In this document: in pieces, positions 1 through 8,677 of the stretch
Numbering within the stretch: the stretch's first letter is position 1
How the letters are laid out: every line of letters starts with the position of its first letter
Assembly (NCBI GenBank): GCA_963725865.1
Contig: CAVSAC010000010.1
Coordinates: forward strand, 960,001 to 1,024,000
Direction of reading: 5' to 3'
DNA length: 64,000 nt
From: Candidatus Eiseniibacteriota bacterium
GTDB taxonomy: Bacteria > Eisenbacteria > RBG-16-71-46
Program-made: the position numbers and the translations under genes
The notes under the pieces: model-generated
Seen by the model: only the letters and a program-made list of their open reading frames with translations
Database searches by the model: none
Told to the model about the DNA's origin: nothing

Positions 1-442
1 GAGCTGCATCCGGCGCCCGGCGAGGAGGCGCTGTACGCCTGGATGCGCACCGCCGTGCCCCGGCGCGCGGTGGTGATCGATCACCACTTCCGCTCGCTGA
101 TCATGGTGACGGCGCACCGCCAACTGTTGCTCGGCGACACCTCTGGACCGGAGCGCGCGGCCTACCCGCTGGACCAGGTGATCGAGCGCCGGGCCGTGAT
201 GGCGGACCTCTACGGCGGTGCCGATTCGCTGGACCGCGACCTGGCCGTGCTGGGGCGGCTCGACCGGCCGGCGTACGTGGTGGTGCGGTCCGCGGACTTC
301 GCCGCGCCCGACCCGCGCGCCCCGCCTCGGCGAGCGGCCCGATCGCTTCGAGCGCGTGTACGACCGCGATGGGTTCGTCGTCTATCATGTCCTCAGCTCC
401 GCGCCCCCACGGGTCGCGCCGACCGGAGACCCACGACCATGA
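1..442 (+). CDS. 3' end of a probable membrane (GT-C-like) protein, partial, frameshift near 325
   Basis: Frame 1 is open from base 1 (EEALYAWMRTAVPRRAVVID...) and continues in another frame as RLGERPDRFERVYDRDGFVVYHV to TGA 440-442, overlapping the next ATG (ATGA). It resembles the C-terminal domain of the 17018-19583 protein (AFDWMSEHLEPGQVVLSD...FEPAFDTGDLVVYRV). Confidence 0.55.
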
Positions 443-1173
443 GCTCATCCCTCGCTCCCGCCTCGAAGCGCCTGCTGGTCGTGATGCCGGCGCACAACGA
501 GCAGGAGAGCGTCGGCACCACCCTCGATCGCGTGCGGGCCGCGCTCCCCGAGGCCGACCTGCTGGTGGTGAACGACTACTCGTCCGACCAGACCACGGAG
601 GTCGCGCTCGCGCACGGCGCGCGGGTCGTCGAGCTGCCGTGGAACCTCGGCTACGGCGGCGCCGTGCAGACCGGCTTCAAGTACGCGGTGGCGCACGGCT
701 ACGACGTCGTGCTCCAGATGGACGCCGACGGCCAGCACGACCCCGGCTCGGCCCGCGGGCTGCTGGCGCCGGTGCTCGCCGGCGAGGCCGACGTGGCGAT
801 CGGCTCGCGCTTCCTCGGCCGCGCGAACTATCCGATCCCCGGCCCGCGGCGCCTCGGCATGAAGGTCTTCAGCGGCATCGTCACGTTCGTCACGCGCCAG
901 CGGTTCTCCGACCCGACCTCGGGGTTCCAGGCGCTCGATCGGCGCGTGGTGGAGTTCTTCGCTTTCGACCACTACCCCTCGGACTTCCCCGACGCCGACA
1001 CCATCATCCTGCTTGCGCTCGCCGGATTCCGGGTACGCGAGGTGCCGGTGACGATGGAAGCGCGCGTCGCGGGCACCTCGATGCACTCGAACCTCACGGC
1101 GTTCTACTACGTCGCCAAGATGACGCTCTCCATCCTGATGGTGCTGCTGCGTCGGAAGCGACTGCGAGCGTGA
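439..1173 (+). CDS. GT2 glycosyltransferase, DPM1/GacI/PpgS-like polyprenyl-phosphate sugar synthase
   Basis: Motifs VVMPAHNE, VVNDYSSD, NLGYGGAVQTG, QMDADGQHDP, IGSRF, DPTSGF. ATG 439 overlaps the upstream stop. Confidence 0.9.
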   Translation: MSSSLAPASKRLLVVMPAHNEQESVGTTLDRVRAALPEADLLVVNDYSSDQTTEVALAHGARVVELPWNLGYGGAVQTGFKYAVAHGYDVVLQMDADGQHDPGSARGLLAPVLAGEADVAIGSRFLGRANYPIPGPRRLGMKVFSGIVTFVTRQRFSDPTSGFQALDRRVVEFFAFDHYPSDFPDADTIILLALAGFRVREVPVTMEARVAGTSMHSNLTAFYYVAKMTLSILMVLLRRKRLRA

Positions 1174-2048
1174 GCCCCGTGCACCCCGGCGCGCTCACGT
1201 TCGACGTCGAGGACTGGTACCACCCGGAGCTGGTGCGCGCGCACGTGGCGGCCGGCGACCCGCGCTCGGTCGTGGTCGCGGGGGTCGAAGCGATCCTCGC
1301 GCTGCTGGCACGCCACACGGTCCGCGCCACGTTCTTCGTGCTCGGCGACGTCGCGGTGCGGCATCCCGGCCTGATACGCGCGATCGCCGCGGCCGGCCAC
1401 GAGCTCGCCTGCCACGGCATGACGCACCGGCCGCTGTGGGCGCTGGACCGCGAGTCGTTCCGCAGCGAGCTGCGCGACTTCCGCGCTGCGATGCGCGCGG
1501 CGCTCGGCCACGACGGGGCCATCGGATTCCGCGCGCCGACGTTCAGCCTCGATCGCTCCACCGCGTGGGCGCTCGGGGTGCTGCGCGAGGAGGGCTTCCG
1601 CTACGACTCCAGCGTGTTCCCGCTGCGGGTGAAGCTGTACGGGGTCGCCGGCGCTCCACTTGGCATCTACCGACCCGCCGCGGACGATCTCGCGCGGCAC
1701 GATCCGGCCGGCACGCTGGTCGAGTTCCCGGTCGCGCTCGGCGCATGGGGCCCGCTGCGGGTGCCCGTCGCGGGCGGCTTCTACCTGCGCGCCCTACCCT
1801 ACCCGGTGCTGCGCGCGACCCTCGACCGGGTGGCCCGCGAGCGACCGTTCAATCTCTACCTGCACCCGTGGGAGTGCGCTTCCGACGTCCCGCGCGTCGC
1901 GCTCGGACCCGGCGACGCGCTCATCACTTACGTGGGCCTCGATTCGGTGATGCGCAAGCTCGACCGGATCCTCGGCCGCTATCGCTTCGACACCATGCGC
2001 GGGATCCTCGAGACCGAGGGTCATCTCGCGCCCGCCCGGGAGGAATGA
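1170..2048 (+). CDS. Polysaccharide deacetylase (NodB/CE4, DUF3473-type)
   Basis: Motifs LTFDVEDWYH, ATFFVLG, HELACHGMTH, GFRAPTFS, YDSS, YLHPWE. GTG 1170 overlaps the GT2 stop. Confidence 0.9.
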   Translation: MSPVHPGALTFDVEDWYHPELVRAHVAAGDPRSVVVAGVEAILALLARHTVRATFFVLGDVAVRHPGLIRAIAAAGHELACHGMTHRPLWALDRESFRSELRDFRAAMRAALGHDGAIGFRAPTFSLDRSTAWALGVLREEGFRYDSSVFPLRVKLYGVAGAPLGIYRPAADDLARHDPAGTLVEFPVALGAWGPLRVPVAGGFYLRALPYPVLRATLDRVARERPFNLYLHPWECASDVPRVALGPGDALITYVGLDSVMRKLDRILGRYRFDTMRGILETEGHLAPAREE

Positions 2049-2049
2049 C

Positions 2050-2439
2050 ATGGTGCCCGTCCAGTTCTACACCGGCATCCAGCCGCGCACCCAGGTGATC
2101 GTGTTCCTGCTCGGAGCGGCGCTGTTGCTGTTCGTGCTCGACACCGTGCGACGGAAGCGGCTGCGCGAGCAGTACTCGCTGCTGTGGATCCTCGCCGCGT
2201 CTCTGATGGCGCTGGCCGCGGTGTTCATCAAGAGCATCGAGCGGCTCTCGCACCTGGTCGGCATCTACTATCCGCCGGCGTTCCTGTTCCTGCTGGCGAT
2301 CCTGCTGGTGCTGGTGCTGCAGTTCCATTTCTCGACCGTGATCTCGAACCTGCGGGAGCAGAACAAGAGCCTCACGCAGGACCTCGGCCTGCTCGCCGCG
2401 GAGCTGCGCGAGCTGCGCCAGTCGCGAGAGCGCTCGTGA
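2050..2439 (+). CDS. DUF2304 family small membrane protein (GacJ/Rv3632-like)
   Basis: 129 aa with three hydrophobic segments, VRRKRLREQYSLLW, LVGIYYPP and a C-terminal coiled coil (LTQDLGLL). Confidence 0.85.
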   Translation: MVPVQFYTGIQPRTQVIVFLLGAALLLFVLDTVRRKRLREQYSLLWILAASLMALAAVFIKSIERLSHLVGIYYPPAFLFLLAILLVLVLQFHFSTVISNLREQNKSLTQDLGLLAAELRELRQSRERS

Positions 2440-2458
2440 GCGCCCGGTCGGGCGGCCG

Positions 2459-2875
2459 GTGAGCGTCGTCCCCCCGGAGACCCCGGCGATCGCCCGCCTC
2501 GTCGGGCGCCACCTGATCGGCGAGGACCCGACCGCCGAGGAGGCGGCGCGCTGGCTCCATGCGGTCGAGCTTGCCGCCGCCCCGCTCGAGCACGAACGCG
2601 ACCGGCGGTTGTGGGCGCTCGCCACCCGCTCGGGCCCGGCGCTCGGCCTGGTCGATGCGGGGCTCGCGCTCGCCGATCCCCACTCGCCGGTTCGACAGCG
2701 TGTGTGCCTGATGCTCGCCGTGCTCGAGGCCTCGCCGGAGCACGTCGGGCGCTTCGAAGCGCGCCCGATCGGGCCCGGCGGCTGGCTGGCGCTAAGCCTG
2801 CGCGGAGCTCTCGCGGTGCTGCGGTCGGCCGGCGGTCTGGCGCTGGTGCGCTCGTGGGGGCTGCTGTGGCGGTGA
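2459..2875 (+). CDS. Hypothetical protein
   Basis: 138-aa ORF in operon orientation. Its TGA overlaps the next GTG (GTGA). Confidence 0.6.
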   Translation: MSVVPPETPAIARLVGRHLIGEDPTAEEAARWLHAVELAAAPLEHERDRRLWALATRSGPALGLVDAGLALADPHSPVRQRVCLMLAVLEASPEHVGRFEARPIGPGGWLALSLRGALAVLRSAGGLALVRSWGLLWR

Positions 2876-4479
2876 TCCACGACCACGTGGTGGTGGGCTC
2901 CGGCATCACGGGCGCCGAGGCAGCGCACGCGCTGGTGGCCGGCGGCGCGCGGGTGCTGATGCTCGACGGCGGCGTGCGCGATGCCACGTACGCGCCGATC
3001 ATCCCCGAGCAGGACCACCTCACCCTGCGCGCCGCGGATGCCGCCCAGCATCGCTACCTGCTCGGCGATCGCTTCGAGGGCGTGCCGTGGGGTGACGCCG
3101 CGCACACGCTGACTCCTCCGCGCCAGCACCTGATCCGCGACACCGACCGCTGGCTGCCGTTCGAGGGCGACTTCTCGCGCATGGAGAGCCTCGCCTACGG
3201 CGGGCTCGGCGCCGGCTGGGGCGCCGGCTGCGCGGTGTACACGCCCGCCGAGCTCACGGCCGCCGGGCTCGATCCGGCGGTGATCGCTCCCGCATACGAG
3301 GCCGTGGGGCGGCGCGTCGGCCTCGCCGCCGAGCCCGACGACGCGACCCCCTACTGTGCGCGCGGGCTCGCGACCCTGCAGCCGCCGCTGCGCATGGACG
3401 CGAGCATCACCGCGCTGCACGCGGCCTACCTGCGCCGGCGCGACGCGCTTCGCGCGCGCGGCGTGGTGATGGGCAAGATGCCGATGGCGGTGCTCACCAG
3501 CCCGCTCGCGGGGCGCGGCGCGAATCCCTACACCGACATGGAATTCTGGGCCGACCACGCGCAGTCGGTCTACCGGCCGTGGATGACGGTGGACGCGCTG
3601 CAGCGGGCACCGTCGTTCGAGTACCGGCCCGGCCGGCTGGTGACCCGCTTCGAGGAGGCCGCCGACCACGTGGCGGTGCACGCGCGGCACCTCGACACCG
3701 GCGCGGACGAGGTGGTGCTCGCGCGCCGCCTGGTGCTCGGCACCGGCGCGCTCGGCAGCGCGCGCCTCGTCATGCGCTCGCAGCCGGCGCTGGAGTGGCG
3801 CCCGCTGCTCACCAACGCGTACTGCATCGCGCCGTGCCTGCACCTGCGCCGCCTGGGCCGGCCGCTCGAGCGCGCGCGGACCAGCCTCGGCCAGCTCGAG
3901 ATGTTCCTCGATCCCCGCGGCGACGGCTCCGACGTGCGCATGGTGTCGCTTTACACCTACCGCTCGCTGCTGCTGTTCAAGCTCGTCAAGGAGCTGCCGC
4001 TGGCATTCGCGGACGGCCTGCCGCTGATGCGCGCGCTGGCGCCGGCGATCGTGCTCGCCACCATCAACCACCCCGACCACGCCGCACCCGGCAAGGGCGT
4101 GCGTCGCGTCCGCGACGCCGCCTCGCCGACCGGCGACGCGCTGCGCGCGGAGTACGCGCGCACCGCCGCGGAGCTGCGCGACGACGAGGCCTGCGAGCGT
4201 CGCATCGTGCGGGCGATGGCGAGCCTCGGCGCGCCGGCGCTCAAGCGCCAGACCCTGCACGCCGGCGCCACCGTGCACTACGCGGGCACGCTGCCGTTCG
4301 GCGACGGCGAGACGCCGGGCACGCTCGCCGCCGACGGCCGCCTCGCCGGCACCCGGCGGGTGTACGTCGCCGACGGCTCGGGCCTGCGCTTCCTGCCCGG
4401 GAACGGCCTCACGTTCACGCTGATGGCGTGGGCCCACGTGGTGGGACGCGAGCTCGCCTGCCGGAGCGCCGACGCGTGA
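2872..4479 (+). CDS. GMC-family FAD oxidoreductase
   Basis: N-terminal FAD motif DHVVVGSGITG, then SLAYGGLGAGWGAG, LVLGTGALGSARL and C-terminal HYAGT...VYVADGS...TFTLMA. Confidence 0.8.
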   Translation: MIHDHVVVGSGITGAEAAHALVAGGARVLMLDGGVRDATYAPIIPEQDHLTLRAADAAQHRYLLGDRFEGVPWGDAAHTLTPPRQHLIRDTDRWLPFEGDFSRMESLAYGGLGAGWGAGCAVYTPAELTAAGLDPAVIAPAYEAVGRRVGLAAEPDDATPYCARGLATLQPPLRMDASITALHAAYLRRRDALRARGVVMGKMPMAVLTSPLAGRGANPYTDMEFWADHAQSVYRPWMTVDALQRAPSFEYRPGRLVTRFEEAADHVAVHARHLDTGADEVVLARRLVLGTGALGSARLVMRSQPALEWRPLLTNAYCIAPCLHLRRLGRPLERARTSLGQLEMFLDPRGDGSDVRMVSLYTYRSLLLFKLVKELPLAFADGLPLMRALAPAIVLATINHPDHAAPGKGVRRVRDAASPTGDALRAEYARTAAELRDDEACERRIVRAMASLGAPALKRQTLHAGATVHYAGTLPFGDGETPGTLAADGRLAGTRRVYVADGSGLRFLPGNGLTFTLMAWAHVVGRELACRSADA

Positions 4480-5351
4480 GCGCGCTCCGCATCGGCATCA
4501 CCGGCGCCACCGGCTTCATCGGCCGTCATCTGGTCGCGCACTTCGCCGCGCGCGGCGACGCGGTCGTGGCGTTCCAGCGCCGCGTCTCGGTGCCGGCCGC
4601 GCGGGGCGTCGTCGTGCGGCCGTTCACGCTGCCCGAGGGTCCCGACCCCGCGCACCTCGCAGGGCTCGAGTGGCTCGTGCATGGCGCGCTCGTGGAGTAC
4701 GGCCCGCGCACGCCCGACGCCGACGCGATCAACCGCGCCGGCGCGCAGCGGGTGCTGGCGGCGGCCCGCGCGCACGGCACGCGCGTGGTGTTCCTGTCCA
4801 CGCTCTCCGCGCACCCCGCCGCGGAGTCCCACTACGGGCGCAGCAAGCTCGAGCTCGAAGGCCTGTTCGATCCCGCGCGCGACACCGTGCTGCGGCTCGG
4901 CCTGGTGCTCGGGCATGGCGGGTTGTTCGGCAGCATGGTGGAGGTGCTGCACGCCGCGCGGGTCGTCCCGCTGCCCGACGGCGGCCGCCAGCCCATCCAG
5001 ACGCTGTGGATGGGCGACCTCTGCGCCGCGGTCGCGAACGTGGTGGATCGCGGCCTCGCTGGCAGCTACGACGTCGCGGCGCCCGCGGTGCACACCATGC
5101 GCGGGCTCTACGAGTCGGTGCTGCGCGGCCTCGGCGTGCGGCGCACGCTGATCGGCGTGCCGCTGCCGCTGGTGACGCTCGGCGTGTCCGTGCTCGAGGC
5201 GCTGCACGTGCCGTTCTCGATCCACCGCGAGAACGTGCTCGGCCTCAAGCAGCTGCGCGCCTTCGACACCGCCCCCTCGATGGCCGCGCTCGGCATCGCC
5301 CGCCCGGTCGGCCTCGAAGAAGCGGTGCGACGGCTGCTCGAGGCGCGATGA
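4476..5351 (+). CDS. NAD-dependent epimerase/dehydratase (extended SDR)
   Basis: ITGATGFIG and catalytic YGRSK. GTG 4476 overlaps the upstream stop. Confidence 0.85.
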   Translation: MSALRIGITGATGFIGRHLVAHFAARGDAVVAFQRRVSVPAARGVVVRPFTLPEGPDPAHLAGLEWLVHGALVEYGPRTPDADAINRAGAQRVLAAARAHGTRVVFLSTLSAHPAAESHYGRSKLELEGLFDPARDTVLRLGLVLGHGGLFGSMVEVLHAARVVPLPDGGRQPIQTLWMGDLCAAVANVVDRGLAGSYDVAAPAVHTMRGLYESVLRGLGVRRTLIGVPLPLVTLGVSVLEALHVPFSIHRENVLGLKQLRAFDTAPSMAALGIARPVGLEEAVRRLLEAR

Positions 5352-6472
5352 AGCCGCTCGCGGTGCTGTTCGGCACCATCGACCCCGCGATGCCGGGCGG
5401 GATCGGCGCGACCGAGTACGCGTTCCAGCAGGCCTGCGAGCGCAGCGGGCGAGCGCGCGTGACGACCATGCCGTTCGGCCGGCGCCGCCCCGGCGGCTCG
5501 TGGCTCGGGCTCGGCCTCGAGCGCATCGCCGACCTGGTGGGCTACGTCCGCCGCATCCGGCGCGAGCGGCCCGACCTGGTACACCTGAACACCGCTTACG
5601 ACCGCCGCGCGCTGGGGCGCGACCTGGGCTACGCCCTGCTCTCGCGCTGGCTGGGCCAGCCGCTGTTCCTCAAGTACCACGGCTCCGACGCCAACCTGCT
5701 GGCGAGCCGCCATCCGCTCTGGCGCTGGATGACCGCCACCGTGCTGGGGGGCGCAACGCGGGTGGGCGTGCTGTCGTCGGAGGAGAAGCGCAACTTCGTC
5801 GCCGCCGGCTGGCCCGCGGACAAGTTCGTGGTGGTGAAGAACGCGGTCGACCGCGCGCGCTTCGCCGCGGCGAGCTGGCCGCGCGGCGCGGTCCCCGAGC
5901 TGCTGTTCATCGCGCGCCTCGTGCCCGCCAAGGGCCTGTCCGAGACGCTGCGCGCGGTGCGCATCCTGGTGGGCCAGGGCCGCCGCCTCACGCTCACCGC
6001 GGTCGGCGACGGCCCCGCGCGCGCCGAGGCCGAGGCGCTCGCAGGCACGCTTGGGCTCGGCGAGGTGGTGCGCTTCACCGGCCGCGTGAGCGAGGCCGAG
6101 ACCGCCGCGTTCTACCTGCGCGCGAGCGTGCTGGCGTTCCCGACCGCGCACGGCGAGGGCTTCTCGATGACCATCTTCCAGGCGCTGGCGGCGGGCCTGC
6201 CGATCGTCACCACCCGCATCCGCGCCGCCGCCGACTGGCTCACCGAGCCCCGCCACTGCCTGTGGGTGCGCGCGCACGACCCGGAGCAACTCGCCGAGCG
6301 CATCGGCTGGCTCCTGGACCACCCCGAGGCGGCGGCAGCGATGTCGGCGGCCGAGCGCGAGCACGCGCACGCGTTCGACGTGGAGCGGGTGGCCGCGGAG
6401 TACCTGGACGTGTACGATGACGCGGTCCGGAGCGCGAGAGGGTGCGCGCCCACCCCCGAGGACCCCCGATGA
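5348..6472 (+). CDS. GT4 glycosyltransferase
   Basis: LLFIARLVPAKG, VGDGP, EGFSMTIFQALAAGLPIVTT (EX7E-like motif, here with Q). Confidence 0.88.
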   Translation: MKPLAVLFGTIDPAMPGGIGATEYAFQQACERSGRARVTTMPFGRRRPGGSWLGLGLERIADLVGYVRRIRRERPDLVHLNTAYDRRALGRDLGYALLSRWLGQPLFLKYHGSDANLLASRHPLWRWMTATVLGGATRVGVLSSEEKRNFVAAGWPADKFVVVKNAVDRARFAAASWPRGAVPELLFIARLVPAKGLSETLRAVRILVGQGRRLTLTAVGDGPARAEAEALAGTLGLGEVVRFTGRVSEAETAAFYLRASVLAFPTAHGEGFSMTIFQALAAGLPIVTTRIRAAADWLTEPRHCLWVRAHDPEQLAERIGWLLDHPEAAAAMSAAEREHAHAFDVERVAAEYLDVYDDAVRSARGCAPTPEDPR

Positions 6473-6513
6473 GCCCGTTCCCGGTCGCCATCCACCGGCA
6501 CGCGTCCGCGTCC
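6439..6513 (+). repeat. Direct repeat copy 1: 75-bp exact core (GT4 3' end plus a truncated DUF362 start, MSPFPVAIHRHASASDPA*)
   Basis: AGGGTGCGCGCCCACC...GCGTCCGCGTCC is identical to 8603-8677. Degenerate similarity extends upstream to about 6165. Confidence 0.95.
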
Positions 6514-6515
6514 GA

Positions 6516-6573
6516 TCCGGCGTAGGCGCCGGGCCATCCGGCTCGGCTTGAACGGCACCATCGAGCGGATGGC
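6516..6573. terminator. Hairpins between convergent genes, possible terminator
   Basis: Inverted repeats CCGGCG/CGCCGG and GCCATCCG-G-CTCG...CGAG-CGGATGGC (6533-6573). No U-tract. Confidence 0.35.
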
Positions 6574-6594
6574 AGGGGCCGCAGGTATCCGCCC

Positions 6595-7986
6595 CTAGAT
6601 CATGCCCCTCGCCGCGATCGGATCCATCGCGAACACGATGTCGATCAGCAGCAACACCACGAGGATCCCGACCAGCGCCCGTCGCTGCAGGACCTGCGGG
6701 CCGATCAGGGCGAAGAAGGGCAGGAACATCAGGCTGCGGTAGCCCAGCCCGTTCCCGAAGATGAGGCTGTAGGGGAACATCATGAGCAGGAAGCAGAACC
6801 CATAGCGAGTCATCGGCGTCGGCAGTCGCCCCCACAGCACAGGCAGCGCCAGCACCACGAAGAGCATGGGCAGGCTGTACGAGACCAACGCCTTGACGCG
6901 AGCCACAGCGCCCTGTTCGTCTCGAACTCCTGCTGCCCCCCCTGCCTTCGCCTGGGGAGCAGTCAGGTTGTACTTCGCCAGGTTCTCACCCCGTGGATCG
7001 TACTGACGTGCGACGATCGGCGTCAGGATCTCCCGGGCGTGCGAGATCGGATTGGCGAACGGTGTGAGCGTCACCAGCGACGCGAGACAGAAGATCGCGA
7101 ATCCGCGAAACCGCTGTCGCGCAAATGCGAACGCGGCAGACTCACCTTCCAGTCGCCGCAGACGCAGGGCCTCGAGCGCCACGAACAGCACGGCGGCGGG
7201 GAGTACAAACACGGCCGTGTTCTTGCTCGCGAGTGCCAGTCCGAAGGCCAGCCCGCCGAGCAGGTGTCGCTCGCGCACGAATAGGTACGACGCCAGCAGC
7301 ACGAAGGGCGCGAGGACGGCATCGTAGTGCATGTTCGGGAACCAGATCAGCCCCGCTGGCAGCGCCGCGAAGATCGCGGCGCCGAGTACCGCGGTGCTTC
7401 GCGGAACCTCCTTCAGCAGGATGTGGAACACGAGCACGACGCACAGGAATCCGGCGAGCAGTCCTTGCAGGCGCGGGAGCAGGAAGATGGGGTGGTAGAG
7501 CCGTGTGAACTGATACTCGAGCAGGTCCGGGCCATGTGCGGTCGCGAGTCGCACGAGCGCGAGGCCCGGGATGCGTGCGAACCCGCTCAGGAGGGGCGCA
7601 CCTGCGCCCTGGCGATAGAACCTCTCCGGCTCCGGCACGATGAGTCGCTTGCGGTAGACGTCCAGTTGGAGGCTATCGGCCGTCGCCGGCTTGATGTAGC
7701 CGAACCGACGCTCCTCCTCGGCGAACAGATGTCTGTCCCGATCCGTGATGATCGGGGAGAGCAGGGGGCGGTACTGCCAGTAGAAGCGGTAGGCGCGCCC
7801 GGCGCAGTCGAGCGCGCGGCCGAACTCGCGGGCTCTCAAGTAGCCCAGGGTGTAGTCGCCACCGAGCATCTCGTAGGGCTCCTTGATGACCCTGAACTCG
7901 TCCTGGTCCAGACGCGCGAGCCCGAAGATCCCGGCTGCGATCACGAAGAAGACGAGGACGAATGCGAACGCATGGCGCAGCATCAT
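6595..7986 (-). CDS. Polytopic membrane protein, ArnT/PMT-like (GT-C) glycosyltransferase
   Basis: N-terminal TM followed by LDQDE acidic loop, many TM segments, HYDAVLAPF and GLAFGLALASKNTA. Opposite strand to its neighbours, with more A/T-ending codons. Confidence 0.7.
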   Translation of the reverse strand: MMLRHAFAFVLVFFVIAAGIFGLARLDQDEFRVIKEPYEMLGGDYTLGYLRAREFGRALDCAGRAYRFYWQYRPLLSPIITDRDRHLFAEEERRFGYIKPATADSLQLDVYRKRLIVPEPERFYRQGAGAPLLSGFARIPGLALVRLATAHGPDLLEYQFTRLYHPIFLLPRLQGLLAGFLCVVLVFHILLKEVPRSTAVLGAAIFAALPAGLIWFPNMHYDAVLAPFVLLASYLFVRERHLLGGLAFGLALASKNTAVFVLPAAVLFVALEALRLRRLEGESAAFAFARQRFRGFAIFCLASLVTLTPFANPISHAREILTPIVARQYDPRGENLAKYNLTAPQAKAGGAAGVRDEQGAVARVKALVSYSLPMLFVVLALPVLWGRLPTPMTRYGFCFLLMMFPYSLIFGNGLGYRSLMFLPFFALIGPQVLQRRALVGILVVLLLIDIVFAMDPIAARGMI

Positions 7987-8602
7987 GCTCGTCTCCGCGA
8001 GTCACATCGCAGCATCGGTCCGCACAGACCTGCGCGCTGAAGGCTCATCGCGGATGCGAGTCCATCGGGCGGCGAATGGTCGCGCGGTGCGCACCGTGGC
8101 ATGCCAGACCTCCAAGATGATCCAGCGCAGCCCAGCCCTGGAATGCACCAGTGATGCCGAGCGCGGACGGGCTCGGGAAGGACCCGGGACGTGTCTCCCA
8201 GACGGTCGCACGGGATGGCACCGGAAGTGTCAAAGTCGCACGGAGACTGGAGGATTCAGCTCGAGCATGTCAACCTGAGAGGGGCGATCCGTGCGTTGCA
8301 CAGGCTCCGCGCCTGCTTGATGCCTCTGCGGTGCTGACCATCTCCGGCAGCGCTCACGCGAGCGGGATCCCCGAGACCAGACGATCGCCTCGCCCGTCGG
8401 GGGCGGAGCGCCAGTCTGCTCGGGCACCCGGGTGGGGTGCACGCGTACCACCGGAGGGATTCGCGCAGCGAGTCTCCGGGCTCCTTGCCCCCCCGAGGCG
8501 GCGGCGATGTCGGCGGGCGCGCGCGAGCACGCGCGCATTCGACGCGGTGCGGGTGGCCGTCGAGTACCCGGACGTGTACGATAAGCTGGTTCTGAGCGCG
8601 CA

Positions 8603-8677
8603 AGGGTGCGCGCCCACCCCCGAGGACCCCCGATGAGCCCGTTCCCGGTCGCCATCCACCGGCACGCGTCCGCGTCC
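8603..8677 (+). repeat. Direct repeat copy 2: exact core, preceded by a decayed copy of the GT4 3' end (~8333-8602)
   Basis: Identical to 6439-6513. Upstream it reads AFDAVRVAVEYPDVYD versus AFDVERVAAEYLDVYD in the GT4, with indels. Confidence 0.95.

Noticed and set aside
6516..6594. Imperfect palindrome as an integron attC site
   Set aside because: No RYYYAAC/GTTRRRY boxes, no integrase and no cassette array.
8205..8273. Two TTGACA hexamers and a 9-bp direct repeat (GTCGCACGG) upstream of the inserted gene
   Set aside because: No convincing -10 at 16-18 nt spacing; too weak to call.
6165..8677. Repeat pair as DGR template/variable repeats
   Set aside because: Mismatches are not adenine-specific and include indels, and no reverse transcriptase is present.
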